Assembly: GCA_963743775.1 (NCBI GenBank)
Contig: CAVURA010000012.1
Location: 100,340-164,339, forward strand
DNA: 64,000 nt
Origin: an uncultured Bacteroidales bacterium
GTDB taxonomy: Bacteria; Bacteroidota; Bacteroidia; Bacteroidales; VadinHA17
Reading direction: 5' to 3'
Positions 51,245-61,791 of the stretch are shown piece by piece. The translations under genes and the position numbers were made by a program. The notes under the pieces are model-generated. The model was given only the letters and a program-made list of their open reading frames with translations, was not told the origin of the DNA and did not search any database. The stretch's first letter is position 1. Each line of letters starts with the position of its first letter.

Positions 51245-51388
51245 ATAAACGGCATGCTGCATGTTGCATGCCCTCCGCCCCCCTTCAGCCTGGCTGCTTA
51301 CTAAAATGATTCACCGAATCATTTTTTAACGTTCGCCCCTCTATTGCCTCTATATTATTTACCTTCATCCTTTCAAATGCACTGAACA

Positions 51389-51925
51389 ATGAACTGGATT
51401 GACTTTGTAATTATCGCTCTCCTTGCCTTCGGGCTGATACAGGGTTTCATTGACGGCCTTATAATCGAGATCGCAAAACTGGCAGCACTGATCCTGGGCA
51501 TCTGGGGAGCCATACATTTCTCTGGATGGACTGCAGGCAAACTCTACGGGTGGTTCGACATGCAGGAAACCTGGACAGGTATCGTTGCCTTTGCAATCAC
51601 TTTTGTAGTTATCGTCCTATGCATAAACCTGCTCGGCAGGCTATTGGATACCATCGTTAAATCGGTGTCCCTGGGTTTCGTCGTGAAAACGCTGGGCGCT
51701 GTTTTCGGGGTTATCAAGACCGCACTGATCCTTAGCGTCATTTTCGTTTTTCTTAATACGATAGATGAAAAAAGACACTTTTTGCCTTCCGCCACAATAG
51801 AGAAGTCATTTCTCTATAATCCTATCGCTGATATCATTCCCGCAATCTTCCCGATAGTGGAAGGCGGCGATCTGCTTGACAGTTTCAACCGCCATAAAAA
51901 CAAACCTCAGGGGGTCATCATCTGA
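51389..51925 (+). CDS. CvpA family membrane protein
   Basis: MNWID..GF..G.I.E, LGAVFG..K, S.LY. Confidence 0.88.
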   Translation: MNWIDFVIIALLAFGLIQGFIDGLIIEIAKLAALILGIWGAIHFSGWTAGKLYGWFDMQETWTGIVAFAITFVVIVLCINLLGRLLDTIVKSVSLGFVVKTLGAVFGVIKTALILSVIFVFLNTIDEKRHFLPSATIEKSFLYNPIADIIPAIFPIVEGGDLLDSFNRHKNKPQGVII

Positions 51926-51966
51926 CCGGTTTTGATATCTTTGCGACACTGAATTTTGAGCTACCG

Positions 51967-53262
51967 ATGATGAATTTTGTCGAAGAACTGAAATGGAGAG
52001 GTATGATACATGACATCATGCCCGGAACAGAAGAATTTCTGCTGAAGGAAAAGAGCGCTGCCTACGTTGGATTCGACCCAACAGCCGATTCCCTGCATAT
52101 CGGCCACCTGGTGGGAGTGATGATGCTAAGACACCTGCAGAATGCCGGCCACAGGCCCATAGTGCTTATCGGCGGCGCAACGGGAATGATAGGCGATCCC
52201 TCAGGGAAATCGGAGGAGCGAAACCTCCTTGACGAACAGACACTCCGCCATAACCAGGAGGGGATGAAAAAACAGTTCGAGAAATTCCTCGACTTCGGAT
52301 CAGCTTCCCCCAACAGGGCTTTAATGGTCAACAACTATGACTGGATGAGGGAGTATTCCTTCCTTGGCTTTATCCGGGATATAGGAAAACACATCACGGT
52401 CAATTACATGATGGCCAAAGACTCCGTGAAAAAAAGACTTGACTCCGATACCGGTCAGGGCATGTCGTTCACCGAGTTCTCATATCAGCTGGTGCAGGGC
52501 ACCGATTTTCTTTATCTCTATAATACCTATGGCTGCAAACTGCAGATGGGAGGCTCCGACCAGTGGGGCAACATTGTGACGGGTACCGAGCTCATCAGAC
52601 GCAAGACCGGAGGCGAAGCATTTGCCATGACATGCCCGCTCATAACAAAAAGCGACGGTCAGAAATTCGGCAAGACCGAGGCAGGTAATGTGTGGCTTGA
52701 CCCCGCAAAGACAACGCCCTACCAGTTCTATCAGTTCTGGCTGAATGTGGCGGACGATGATGCGGAGAAGTTCATTAAGATCTTCACCATGCTGTCACAC
52801 AGCGAGATAGATGAGCTGGTGAAAGCTCACCGGGCTGAGCCGCATCTTCGCATCCTGCAGAAGCGTCTCGCAGAGGAGGTGACAGTCATGGCACACTCAA
52901 GGGAAGAATATGAAGGGGCCGTTGAGGCCTCCCAGATTCTGTTCGGGAAGGGAACCACAGAACAGCTGCAACGCATGGAAGAAAACACTTTCCTGGCCGT
53001 CTTTGAAGGTGTGCCGATGTATGACATAACTCCCGGGATATTATCTGCCGGCGTAACACTCTCCGACCTGTGCGCCGTGCACACAAAGATCACTGAATCA
53101 AAGGGTGAGTTCAGACGCCTTGTGCAGGGCGGAGCAGTCAGCCTCAACAAAGAGAAGATTGACGATTCGGAGCTGATCATCAAACCGGATAAACTGCTGA
53201 ATAATAAATATATGCTGCTCCAGAAAGGTAAAAAAAGCTATTACCTTATCAGGGTCATTTAA
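51967..53262 (+). CDS. tyrS: Tyrosine--tRNA ligase
   Basis: [27 protein letters not shown]4 domain; promoter TATCTTTG at 51936-51943. Confidence 0.98.
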   Translation: MMNFVEELKWRGMIHDIMPGTEEFLLKEKSAAYVGFDPTADSLHIGHLVGVMMLRHLQNAGHRPIVLIGGATGMIGDPSGKSEERNLLDEQTLRHNQEGMKKQFEKFLDFGSASPNRALMVNNYDWMREYSFLGFIRDIGKHITVNYMMAKDSVKKRLDSDTGQGMSFTEFSYQLVQGTDFLYLYNTYGCKLQMGGSDQWGNIVTGTELIRRKTGGEAFAMTCPLITKSDGQKFGKTEAGNVWLDPAKTTPYQFYQFWLNVADDDAEKFIKIFTMLSHSEIDELVKAHRAEPHLRILQKRLAEEVTVMAHSREEYEGAVEASQILFGKGTTEQLQRMEENTFLAVFEGVPMYDITPGILSAGVTLSDLCAVHTKITESKGEFRRLVQGGAVSLNKEKIDDSELIIKPDKLLNNKYMLLQKGKKSYYLIRVI

Positions 53263-53279
53263 ATATAAAACCGGACAAG

Positions 53280-54167
53280 ATGAAGAGTAACATAAAAGCT
53301 GAATTCAAACCGGACTCGATTGATCTGATAAATTTTATCATCAGCCATTTCAGGGTATTTCTTGTCACCGGAATTATGGCAGGAGTACTGTCAGCAGTGA
53401 TCTCGCTTCTGATTAAACCGTTGTATGAATCGACGGTTATTCTCTACCCCTCATCGAATATTACCGAAGCCAGCACCCTGCTTGGTGAAGCCTCTTCGAA
53501 AACAACCCTCTACGGTGATGATGATGCAACGGAGAAACTGCTGCAGGTAATCAGCAGCGAGCAGGTCAGGGATTACCTTAAAATGAAGTATAATCTTGCT
53601 GATCATTATAATATCAAACCCTCGGAGAAATATCCCCAAACTCTCATAGCTGAGAAGATGGACAGGTATATACATTCCTCCAAAACCTCCTTCGGGTCAG
53701 TCGAGATAAGGGTGAGGGACCGGGACAGGGAGCTTGCATGCGCCATGGCTAATGACATGGCTTCGCAGAGCGACACCATTTTCAATAAGCTGCAGCGCAC
53801 TGCTGCTGCTGCCATGCTCGATGAGATCAGCAGGAGCTATGAGATGCAGGATCGCCTCGTCAGGCAGTATGAGGATTCCCTTGTAATTCTCAAGGGAGCA
53901 GCCGTATTAAAGGCGTATGCCACTCTAGACACGGAGACAGAATACCTGGGCCTGATAAGGGGGAGATATCTTGAAGCTCTGGCGCTGAGCCAGCAGACCA
54001 TGCCCTATACTCTGGTTGTTGACAGGGCTGTGGTGGCTGAGAAGAAAATTTACCCTCGCAGGAGCATATTGGTCATTGTTTCGACCTTATCTGTCCTTGT
54101 TCTTGCCGCGCTGGTACTCTTTGTTGTCGAAGGCGTGAAGGTGCACCGCACTGATGAACGGCATTGA
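53280..54167 (+). CDS. Wzz-like polysaccharide chain-length determinant
   Basis: Two TM helices, P.YES, coiled coil, VVD.A....K..PRR. Confidence 0.82.
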   Translation: MKSNIKAEFKPDSIDLINFIISHFRVFLVTGIMAGVLSAVISLLIKPLYESTVILYPSSNITEASTLLGEASSKTTLYGDDDATEKLLQVISSEQVRDYLKMKYNLADHYNIKPSEKYPQTLIAEKMDRYIHSSKTSFGSVEIRVRDRDRELACAMANDMASQSDTIFNKLQRTAAAAMLDEISRSYEMQDRLVRQYEDSLVILKGAAVLKAYATLDTETEYLGLIRGRYLEALALSQQTMPYTLVVDRAVVAEKKIYPRRSILVIVSTLSVLVLAALVLFVVEGVKVHRTDERH

Positions 54168-55521
54168 ATCACTGATATGGCTTATCCCTGCAGGACTGGC
54201 TGTTGTCATGCTGGCCGTGCTCTCCCTCGAGCATCTGTTGCTCCTGACGCTGTTACTGACCCCTCTTTCAATCCAGATCAGTTATCTCACTGGCAGTGCG
54301 GGCTTTGATCTTTCCGTACCAACTGAACCTGTACTTGCACTGCTGCTTTTTATAACACTGTTCAAGCTTATTGTCACACGCGAATTTTCCGTAAAACTCC
54401 TGAGGCATCCTGTGACTGTTCTTATCGGTCTGTATCTTATGTGGACACTGGTGACCTCACTGACATCGACAATGCCGGGCGTCTCATTCAAGACACTTGC
54501 CTACCGGATGTGGTTCATTGCAGGCTTCTACCTTATTGCAGCCCAGTTGTTCAGAAGCGAACGCTTTGCCGGGAAATATATTATCGCATATTCAACAGGC
54601 CTCGCTGTCGTGGTGTTTTATTTCCTTGTCAGGGCAGGAGGTGCGGGGCTGCTGAACCAGCAGTTTGCTCATTCAGCCTGCTATCCCTTTTATAATGATC
54701 ATACATCCTTCGGAGCTTCAATGGCTTTTCTTCTGACTCCACTGTCAGTTGTTCTCATCAGGAAAGGCATCGGCGTCGCTTCGAGGATGTTCGTGTCTTT
54801 GCTGATAATTCTGTTTATGGCCGGTTTTATCTTTTCATACAGCAGGGCGGCATGGGTGAGCCTGATTGCAGCAGTAGCGCTGTCATCAATTTTGTGGCTC
54901 AGGATGCCAGTCAGGCTTCTCACCTTAACGGCTGCCGGTTTTATTGTGGCGATGATTCTCTCTGCAGGATGGATATGGCAGAAGATGGACAGTACAACAG
55001 AGGATTCATCGGCTGATCTCGGCCAGCATCTCCGGTCATCGTCAAATATCTCCACCGATCAGTCGAACCTGGAACGCATAAACAGATGGAAATGCGCACT
55101 CAGGATGTCTGAGGAGAAACCACTGTTCGGTTGGGGCCCCGGGACTTATCAGTTCAATTACGGGCCGTTCCAGAAGGCAGCGGACAGAACCGTCATAAGC
55201 ACTGACTTCGGTGATGCCGGTAATGCCCACAGTGAATACCTCGGCACGATGAGCGAGTCGGGCCTGCCGGGGGCATTATTATACCTGCTGCTCACAGGTT
55301 TCATCGTTATTACAGGTATCAGGGTCTGGTACAGGGAGAAGAGAACCTGGGACGGGTATTTCGCCCTGGCCATACTGACGGGCCTGATGACATATGTCGT
55401 TCACGGTATAATGAACAGCTTCCTCGACAGCGACAAGATCGCTGCGCTCTGGTGGGGATTTGCCGGAATACTGGTATCGATGGATATAAGAGAAAAAGAG
55501 GAGCAGACAGGACAGCTCTGA
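54154..55521 (+). CDS. O-antigen ligase/polymerase (Wzy_C) family protein
   Basis: SYSRAAW, ER..RW, PLFGWGPG, NAHSEYL..SE.G. Confidence 0.85.
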   Translation: MNGIESLIWLIPAGLAVVMLAVLSLEHLLLLTLLLTPLSIQISYLTGSAGFDLSVPTEPVLALLLFITLFKLIVTREFSVKLLRHPVTVLIGLYLMWTLVTSLTSTMPGVSFKTLAYRMWFIAGFYLIAAQLFRSERFAGKYIIAYSTGLAVVVFYFLVRAGGAGLLNQQFAHSACYPFYNDHTSFGASMAFLLTPLSVVLIRKGIGVASRMFVSLLIILFMAGFIFSYSRAAWVSLIAAVALSSILWLRMPVRLLTLTAAGFIVAMILSAGWIWQKMDSTTEDSSADLGQHLRSSSNISTDQSNLERINRWKCALRMSEEKPLFGWGPGTYQFNYGPFQKAADRTVISTDFGDAGNAHSEYLGTMSESGLPGALLYLLLTGFIVITGIRVWYREKRTWDGYFALAILTGLMTYVVHGIMNSFLDSDKIAALWWGFAGILVSMDIREKEEQTGQL

Positions 55522-55530
55522 TAGTGCCGC

Positions 55531-56760
55531 TTACATTATTTCCAGGGCAAGAATTGACACATCATCAAACAGGTCAGGATTTCCGGCACGGATATCCAGT
55601 TCTTCTATCAGTGCGGCAATATTTTCCGAGATAGGCCTGGAATTAGGGAAGTGTTTTACCACAGTTGAGGCTCCGATGAAATTCCCGTTGTCATCTGTCA
55701 GTTCCGAGAGACCGTCGGTATAGCAGATTATTTTTGTCGGACGCGTGATGGTGATCTTGTCTTTACCCACCTGAGGCATTTCATCCAGCATCCCCACGCC
55801 CACGCATGACTGTCTCAGCATGGAAGAAGTGCCGGACAGGATATCTATTATAACCGGCGGGGTATGAGCCGCATTGACATATTCAAGCACCCTGGTGTTC
55901 ATATTGAACCGGGCTATGAAGAGTGTGATGAAACATTCCCCGGATGAGTTCAGTACAACTACAGTGTTCAGTTTGCGCAAGAGAACTTCAAGATCGACAT
56001 TCGCAGTGAAGAGCACTCTCAGACTGGCCTGAAAGTTTGACATCAGAAGGGCGGCTGATATCCCCTTTCCGGACACGTCGGCAATACAGAAGCCCACTGT
56101 TGTGTCAGACAAAGTGAGGAAATCATAATAATCGCCTCCGACCTCATAATGCGGATTATAAAAGCCCTGAACCCTGATCCTGTCGTTTGCCGGCAGCTTT
56201 TTGTTGTCAGGGATGAGCATCATCTGCATGCGTGCTGCCAGTTCAAGTTCTTTGCGCAGGGCTTCCTGGCGGAGGCTCTCCCTGAACAAACGCTGGTTCT
56301 CAATGGCAACCACGATTATGCTTGAGATAGTCTGAATGAAGTTCAGGTGTTTGACTACCGGGCTCATTCCTTCTCCTTCCTCATCAATATCCCCGATAAG
56401 CACGAATGCCGTATGGATATTGTTGTTCATGACCGGGATGATAATATCAACAGCCTCAAAAGGCTTTGCATTCACTTCAGTTGTGATCTCGGTATAACAG
56501 TTGAGATCACGCTCCACATTTATTTTTTTCTTAAGGTTGTCAGGGAAGCCCGCGTTAAGCAGCGCTTCCCACTTCTCGCCGTATTTGAATAACATCAGCT
56601 TGCCTATGCCCAGGTCCTCGCGCAGGATAGACTCATACTTTCTGAGAAGCTCTTTTGTAGGTAAGTTTGCATTGATTGAAAGGGTGATATCGAGCAGGGC
56701 GTCGAGTTTGAATTTCGACATCTTAAGCCTGTCCTTGGGAAGCCTGCTCTCATCCATCAC
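55531..56760 (-). CDS. PP2C/SpoIIE (RsbU-like) Ser/Thr phosphatase
   Basis: VGGDYYD, IADVSGKG, YTDGLSE, DDVS. Confidence 0.92.
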   Translation of the reverse strand: MMDESRLPKDRLKMSKFKLDALLDITLSINANLPTKELLRKYESILREDLGIGKLMLFKYGEKWEALLNAGFPDNLKKKINVERDLNCYTEITTEVNAKPFEAVDIIIPVMNNNIHTAFVLIGDIDEEGEGMSPVVKHLNFIQTISSIIVVAIENQRLFRESLRQEALRKELELAARMQMMLIPDNKKLPANDRIRVQGFYNPHYEVGGDYYDFLTLSDTTVGFCIADVSGKGISAALLMSNFQASLRVLFTANVDLEVLLRKLNTVVVLNSSGECFITLFIARFNMNTRVLEYVNAAHTPPVIIDILSGTSSMLRQSCVGVGMLDEMPQVGKDKITITRPTKIICYTDGLSELTDDNGNFIGASTVVKHFPNSRPISENIAALIEELDIRAGNPDLFDDVSILALEIM

Positions 56761-56767
56761 TCCAGCG

Positions 56768-57334
56768 TCAGCCCTTGACTCTCTCTATGTATGAGCGGTC
56801 GCGCGTATCGATGCGGATCTTGTCACCTACATTCACAAAGAGAGGTACCATAATGGTTGTGCCGTTTTCTATTGTGGCCGGCTTCAGGGTGTTGGTGGCG
56901 GTATCGCCGCGAAGTCCGGGTTCAGAGTAAGTCACTTCCATTACCACGTTGATTGGGAGGTCAACAAGAAGAACATTTTCCGTATCTGCATGAACCACCA
57001 CTTCAACTGTTGCACCTTCCTTGAGAAGATCACTGTTGTTGAGCATTGACTCCTGCACGGTGATCTGTTCAAATGTCTCGGTATGCATAAGGTGATACCC
57101 CATGTCATCTTTGTACAGATACTGATATGGTCTTCTCTCCACACGTGCCACGTTGACCTTGGTGCCTGAACTGAATGTGTTGTCAAGTACCCTGCCGGTT
57201 GTGACGTTCCTGAGTTTGGTGCGCACGAAGGCCGGTCCCTTGCCCGGTTTAACATGCTGAAACTGTATTATCGCATACAGGTCATTATTGTATTCAATTA
57301 CCAGTCCGTTTCTGAAATCTGCTGTTGTTGCCAT
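56768..57334 (-). CDS. efp: Elongation factor P
   Basis: [27 protein letters not shown]. Confidence 0.98.
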   Translation of the reverse strand: MATTADFRNGLVIEYNNDLYAIIQFQHVKPGKGPAFVRTKLRNVTTGRVLDNTFSSGTKVNVARVERRPYQYLYKDDMGYHLMHTETFEQITVQESMLNNSDLLKEGATVEVVVHADTENVLLVDLPINVVMEVTYSEPGLRGDTATNTLKPATIENGTTIMVPLFVNVGDKIRIDTRDRSYIERVKG

Positions 57335-57356
57335 ATAAAAAATAAAATTTCCTGAG

Positions 57357-58136
57357 TTAATTAATAAAATTCAGTGGCGTTCTAAGCCCTTCACTCTTTA
57401 CCATTTCCACATGAAATGACCCCACAAAGATATCAAATCGGATTTTAACCGGTAAAAAATTTTCATCGGCACTAAACCACATCACCATATCTTCCTCTGT
57501 CTCGAAGACCCGCCCCACCTCCGTGACAGGATTGAATCTGTAACACATAATCTTTCCGTCCTTGATCTTAACCGTCTCCATTCCTGTGTATTTCAATACG
57601 ATAGGGTAGAGCTCGTCAGAAAACCATGTGGTCATCTGATAGAGTTTCCCGGGAACAAGGGTGTCAGCTCTTGCCAGGTGGTATTTCCGGAACCAGTAAA
57701 AGCATGAAACAATATCCAGTAGACCTTTTGGGGCGGTATGATTTCCCGAGAGGTCACTGAATACCAGGGTTGAATCGCTCCTTGATGTATGGTCAAAAAC
57801 CACCTCATTGTACTTTTTGTAGTGTCCCTCCACGATGTTTCTAATAGAGAAGACAGGAAGGTCTGTTTCCGGGTTTATGTAACTCTCATAAGTGTCCCTT
57901 ACATGATAAAGGGCATCGGCGAGGCCTGTTGTCTGACCGGTAACTGTTGCATGCCATACAGGTTCTCCCTGGTAGAAGCCGTCTTTTATTTCAAGGACAG
58001 CACGTCCGCTGCCAACGGGGCCGTATTTAATCTGATAAAAGACCTTTTCCCCCGGCATATATGGCTGTAGCTGAGCGGTTACCCATTGCACTGTGGTAAT
58101 CAAAATAATCAGTACTGCCGGTAAAATTCTTCTCAT
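57357..58136 (-). CDS. DUF3108 family exported protein
   Basis: GE...Y.I.YG, V.D.YESY, W.S.D.N..PV. Confidence 0.75.
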   Translation of the reverse strand: MRRILPAVLIILITTVQWVTAQLQPYMPGEKVFYQIKYGPVGSGRAVLEIKDGFYQGEPVWHATVTGQTTGLADALYHVRDTYESYINPETDLPVFSIRNIVEGHYKKYNEVVFDHTSRSDSTLVFSDLSGNHTAPKGLLDIVSCFYWFRKYHLARADTLVPGKLYQMTTWFSDELYPIVLKYTGMETVKIKDGKIMCYRFNPVTEVGRVFETEEDMVMWFSADENFLPVKIRFDIFVGSFHVEMVKSEGLRTPLNFIN

Positions 58137-58152
58137 TTCGGAATGTTTTTTC

Positions 58153-58845
58153 TCAGAGGAACAGCTTTTTGGGAATTGTTGCTATGAACTCCTTAAGATA
58201 ATAAGGTTCAAAATAAGCAACATCTTCAAACTGCTTTTCCCTGAAGGCGTTCACTGACGGCTTGTGCAAATATGATGCCGAGAGGCTGAATCCTTCTTCA
58301 AATATGGCATTGGGGCCTGTTATTGCTGACCTGCATTTGCCGGCTCCGTTTCCAAAGAAAATTATTTTTTCTGATTCAAGTCTGTCGCTGTATGATGACG
58401 CAGTGATAATGTCTGCGGAAGTCTCCTGTATCATCCTTCCATCCACAGTAAAAAGGGCGTTATATACCTCCATCCGCCTGGCATCGATCATCGGGCAGAG
58501 CAGGATACTGCTGTCTGCCGGAAAAGGGTTTGCCGTAAGATAACCGTGACACATTGCGGTGAGGGTATTGATGCCTATGAGGGGTATTTCCGCACCGTAA
58601 GCGATGCCTTTCGCTACAGATACTCCGATCCTTAGTCCTGTGTATGATCCGGGTCCTTTGCTTACTGAGACGGCATCAAGTTGCCGTGCTTCGATGGAAG
58701 CGCCTCTGAGCAGCTCCTTTATGAGGACGGTAAGACTTGAGGAATGAGACATCCCGGCAGGAGCCTCAAGCACGCTGATGACAGAGTTGTCATCACATAA
58801 TGCCACCGAACAGACCCCGGTGGCTGTCTCAATGCAAAGGATCAT
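58153..58845 (-). CDS. tsaB: tRNA threonylcarbamoyladenosine biosynthesis protein TsaB
   Basis: IETAT..CSVAL, GPGSYTGLRIG, DARRMEVY, EP.Y. Confidence 0.96.
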   Translation of the reverse strand: MILCIETATGVCSVALCDDNSVISVLEAPAGMSHSSSLTVLIKELLRGASIEARQLDAVSVSKGPGSYTGLRIGVSVAKGIAYGAEIPLIGINTLTAMCHGYLTANPFPADSSILLCPMIDARRMEVYNALFTVDGRMIQETSADIITASSYSDRLESEKIIFFGNGAGKCRSAITGPNAIFEEGFSLSASYLHKPSVNAFREKQFEDVAYFEPYYLKEFIATIPKKLFL

Positions 58846-58869
58846 TTAAGAAATAAATTACCGTTTACC

Positions 58870-60144
58870 TTATTTTCCCTTCTTCTTTTCAGTGTTGAAG
58901 AGGGCCTCTTTATCAACAACTTCGATAAGGGTGGAGTCGGAAAGTTTTTTACTGATCGCACTGAATGGCTGCACTATGACAGTGTCGCCTTCAGCAAGAC
59001 CGCTCAGGATCTCAATGTTTACGTTATCCTGAATGCCTGTCTTCACGTCACGGGCAAGAGCATAGGTTCCGTCCGACACAAAAACGAGTGTTCGTATCTC
59101 TTCAGCTCCGACTGTCTTTGCCTTGGTAGTATCAGTGCGCGTTGTGACCGCCTGGATGGGAACGGTGAGGATGTCTGCCTTCCGGCTGGTGAAAATATCA
59201 ACAGATGCTGACATTCCCGGTCTGAAAGGACTGGGGTTCTTCTCACTGATCAGGTCCTGGTATGACTCTCGCAGGATGAGTATTCTGACCTCAAAGTTTG
59301 TGACCTGGTCAGAGGTGATGGTGGTGCTCTTGGCCGAGTTGGCTATCTCTGTAACCACTCCCTTGAAGGTGCGGTCGAGATAAGCATCCACCTCCACTTC
59401 GGCTGTGTCGCCCAGCTTTACCCTGATAATATCGTTCTCGTTTACTTCGACCACAACCTCCATACGGTTAAGGTCGGCAACGCGCAAAACCTCGGTGCCG
59501 GTCATCATAGTGGCGCCGATAACTCTCTCGCCTAGCTCAACCGACAGGCTTGATATTGTACCCGTCATGGGTGAATAGACAGTCGTTTTAACCAGATTTT
59601 CATTCGCTTCCCTGAGTGAAGCCTCGGAGCTTTTTACCGAGTAGAGAGCGCTCTCTTTCTCGGCTTTTGCAACTTTATACTGGGATTCAGCCTGCTCAAA
59701 ATCAGACTTGGATATCGTATTCTCATCAAAAAGCTTCTTGCTTCTGTTGTACGACAACTCAGCCTGGATCATCTGTGCCTCGACCTGTGCCTGACGGGCC
59801 TTGGATGAATTCACGGCGGCGGCAGCACGTTCACTTGCGGAGATGTAAATTTCAGGCTTGATCTTGAAAAGGAGAACACCTTTCTGAACAAAATCACCCT
59901 CTTTGACGTGCAACTCAACTATTTCACCGGAGACATCAGGACTTATCTTGACTTCCGTCTCGGGCTGTATTTTGCCGTTGGCTGTAACGGCTTCGACAAT
60001 GGGAGTTTTTTTCACCTGTTCAATCGCCACCTTAACTGTGGCTTCCTTTCCGAACCAGCCTTTCTTTTTGCCAACGGCAGCGAAAACAATAAGAAGGATA
60101 ACAATGGGTACGAGGATCCTGAGAATTTTATTTTGTTTCATCAT
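58870..60144 (-). CDS. Efflux periplasmic adaptor (membrane fusion protein)
   Basis: Lipoyl-like VSGEIVEL.VKEGD.V.KG, alpha hairpin, SPMTG, RPGMSA. Confidence 0.92.
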   Translation of the reverse strand: MMKQNKILRILVPIVILLIVFAAVGKKKGWFGKEATVKVAIEQVKKTPIVEAVTANGKIQPETEVKISPDVSGEIVELHVKEGDFVQKGVLLFKIKPEIYISASERAAAAVNSSKARQAQVEAQMIQAELSYNRSKKLFDENTISKSDFEQAESQYKVAKAEKESALYSVKSSEASLREANENLVKTTVYSPMTGTISSLSVELGERVIGATMMTGTEVLRVADLNRMEVVVEVNENDIIRVKLGDTAEVEVDAYLDRTFKGVVTEIANSAKSTTITSDQVTNFEVRILILRESYQDLISEKNPSPFRPGMSASVDIFTSRKADILTVPIQAVTTRTDTTKAKTVGAEEIRTLVFVSDGTYALARDVKTGIQDNVNIEILSGLAEGDTVIVQPFSAISKKLSDSTLIEVVDKEALFNTEKKKGK

Positions 60145-60173
60145 AGTAAATTTTTATTTCTAAGGTATGATGC

Positions 60174-60232
60174 AACACCTGTGTTATTCATTTTATTACT
60201 ATTGTGTAAGTGTTTTTCGGAACACAGGTGTT
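60174..60232. repeat. 12-bp perfect inverted repeat with 35-nt spacer between tolC and MFP genes
   Basis: AACACCTGTGTT (60174-60185) / AACACAGGTGTT (60221-60232). Confidence 0.65.
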
Positions 60233-60255
60233 TCATAACTAATGAGTTTTCTGAA

Positions 60256-61629
60256 TTAAAGTGCCATAATGCCAATGTTCTCAAGAGAAAGCGGGATGCC
60301 CTTGTAAAAATCAAGAACCTTTGTCTTGAAGACATATTCATATTTTGCCTGGGCCATTTCGCTTTGGGCATTAAGCAGCTGCGTCTTTGACTGATTGTAA
60401 TCAACGGCAGTGACCAGGCCAACATTCAATTTTTGTTCGGCATACCTGTAAGCCTCCTCCATTGATGATACAGCCTTCTGGCTGGAATAATACCTTTTCA
60501 GCGCCCCTGTGGCATCGGTGTAAGCCTGTTGAATGTTCTTGTACAGCTGTTTCTTCGTATTTTCAAGCGCGTACCGCGAATTTTCAATACCGAGCCTGGA
60601 GTTCTTGATCTGAGTGTTGACCATCCACCCGTTCAGTATCGGGATGTTCAGTGAAAAGCCTACTGCACCGTTCCTGTTAATATCAAGCTGGGTTACGAAA
60701 TCGTAGGGTTCCAGGGTAACAAGGTCGATTCTGTTATCGGAATATGCCGTGTTCCATGAAGCACCCAGTGAGATCTGAGGGCTCCTGCCACCCTTTGCAA
60801 TGGCCAGGTCATATTCGGCACCTTTCAGCTTAAACTCTGCACCCAGGATCTCCGGTCTGATTTTTTCCGCAACGGAATAGATGGAGTCAGGATTACTTTC
60901 AAATGCAACGGGATCAACGGTAATCTCAGGAATTTCAATTTCAAAGTTATCAGCCGAGGGCAACTCAAGCAGCTGTGCCAGGGTCAGGACAGATATTGCC
61001 AGCTGGTTCTGGAGGGTGATCAGCTGCAGCTCTTCACGGGCTGCCTGTGCTTCAATATCCAGCAGGTTTCCGCGTGCCAGGCTGCCTGCATCGACAAGCT
61101 TGCGAGTGCGGTCAATCTGTTGGTTTGTCAGCTCAACCTGCGAGGCTGTGGTCGCTACCAGTTCATTATTCAAAAGTATCTGAAGATATGCAAGTGCCAC
61201 GTTCAGGGAGATATTATCCTTGAATCCTTCGAGATCCTGCTCGGTGGCAAGCAGTTCATATTTGTTCTTCTGGATGGTATTGTAATTAACCAGGCCGTTG
61301 AATAATGACAGGTTTGAGCCGACATTGAAGCTGTTAGACTGAACGGTTTCGCCCTCGGTATACCTGTTGGATGTCTTGTCATATGACCGGCCAAAAGAAT
61401 AATAATGATTGGCGCTTCCGTTAAGGGATGGAAGGAGATTTAATTTCGACTGTTCAAGGCTGGATTCCTGATACCTGGTCATGATCTCCTGCTGTTTTAT
61501 CTCAATGTTGTTCGCAAGAGCATGGGCAATGCACTCTTCAAACGTCCACTGTTTCTGCTGTGAAAAGAGAAGCAAAGGACTAAGCAGCATGACGATGCTT
61601 AGGATAAAAAATTTTCTTTTCATGTTCAC
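60256..61629 (-). CDS. TolC family outer membrane efflux protein
   Basis: Signal peptide, two OEP repeats (AL.NN, LPSL, LFNG; R.E, P.I.L, IPI.NG). Confidence 0.92.
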   Translation of the reverse strand: MNMKRKFFILSIVMLLSPLLLFSQQKQWTFEECIAHALANNIEIKQQEIMTRYQESSLEQSKLNLLPSLNGSANHYYSFGRSYDKTSNRYTEGETVQSNSFNVGSNLSLFNGLVNYNTIQKNKYELLATEQDLEGFKDNISLNVALAYLQILLNNELVATTASQVELTNQQIDRTRKLVDAGSLARGNLLDIEAQAAREELQLITLQNQLAISVLTLAQLLELPSADNFEIEIPEITVDPVAFESNPDSIYSVAEKIRPEILGAEFKLKGAEYDLAIAKGGRSPQISLGASWNTAYSDNRIDLVTLEPYDFVTQLDINRNGAVGFSLNIPILNGWMVNTQIKNSRLGIENSRYALENTKKQLYKNIQQAYTDATGALKRYYSSQKAVSSMEEAYRYAEQKLNVGLVTAVDYNQSKTQLLNAQSEMAQAKYEYVFKTKVLDFYKGIPLSLENIGIMAL

Positions 61630-61791
61630 TGAATAAGGACTTTAAAACGAAGCTACGAAGATAGGAAATTGATCATTATAATAAAGACATCAAAGATATT
61701 ATCATGCTGCATGGGGATCAGAAAAGAGTTCTGCATTTTTACTTATCTTTGCCGCAACCGACTTCGAAAATTCAATAAAACATACAAAAGA

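Noticed and set aside
51251-51272. GGCATGC..GCATGCC hairpin as a terminator or repeat family
   Set aside because: No U-tract and no second copy noticed in the window.
61669-61791. N-terminal extensions from the ORF track (fbaA, atpF, DUF2723, SiaC, esterase, response regulator)
   Set aside because: Extensions start at TTG/GTG or upstream ATGs, overlap promoter elements or hairpins and lack family similarity; downstream ATGs were used.
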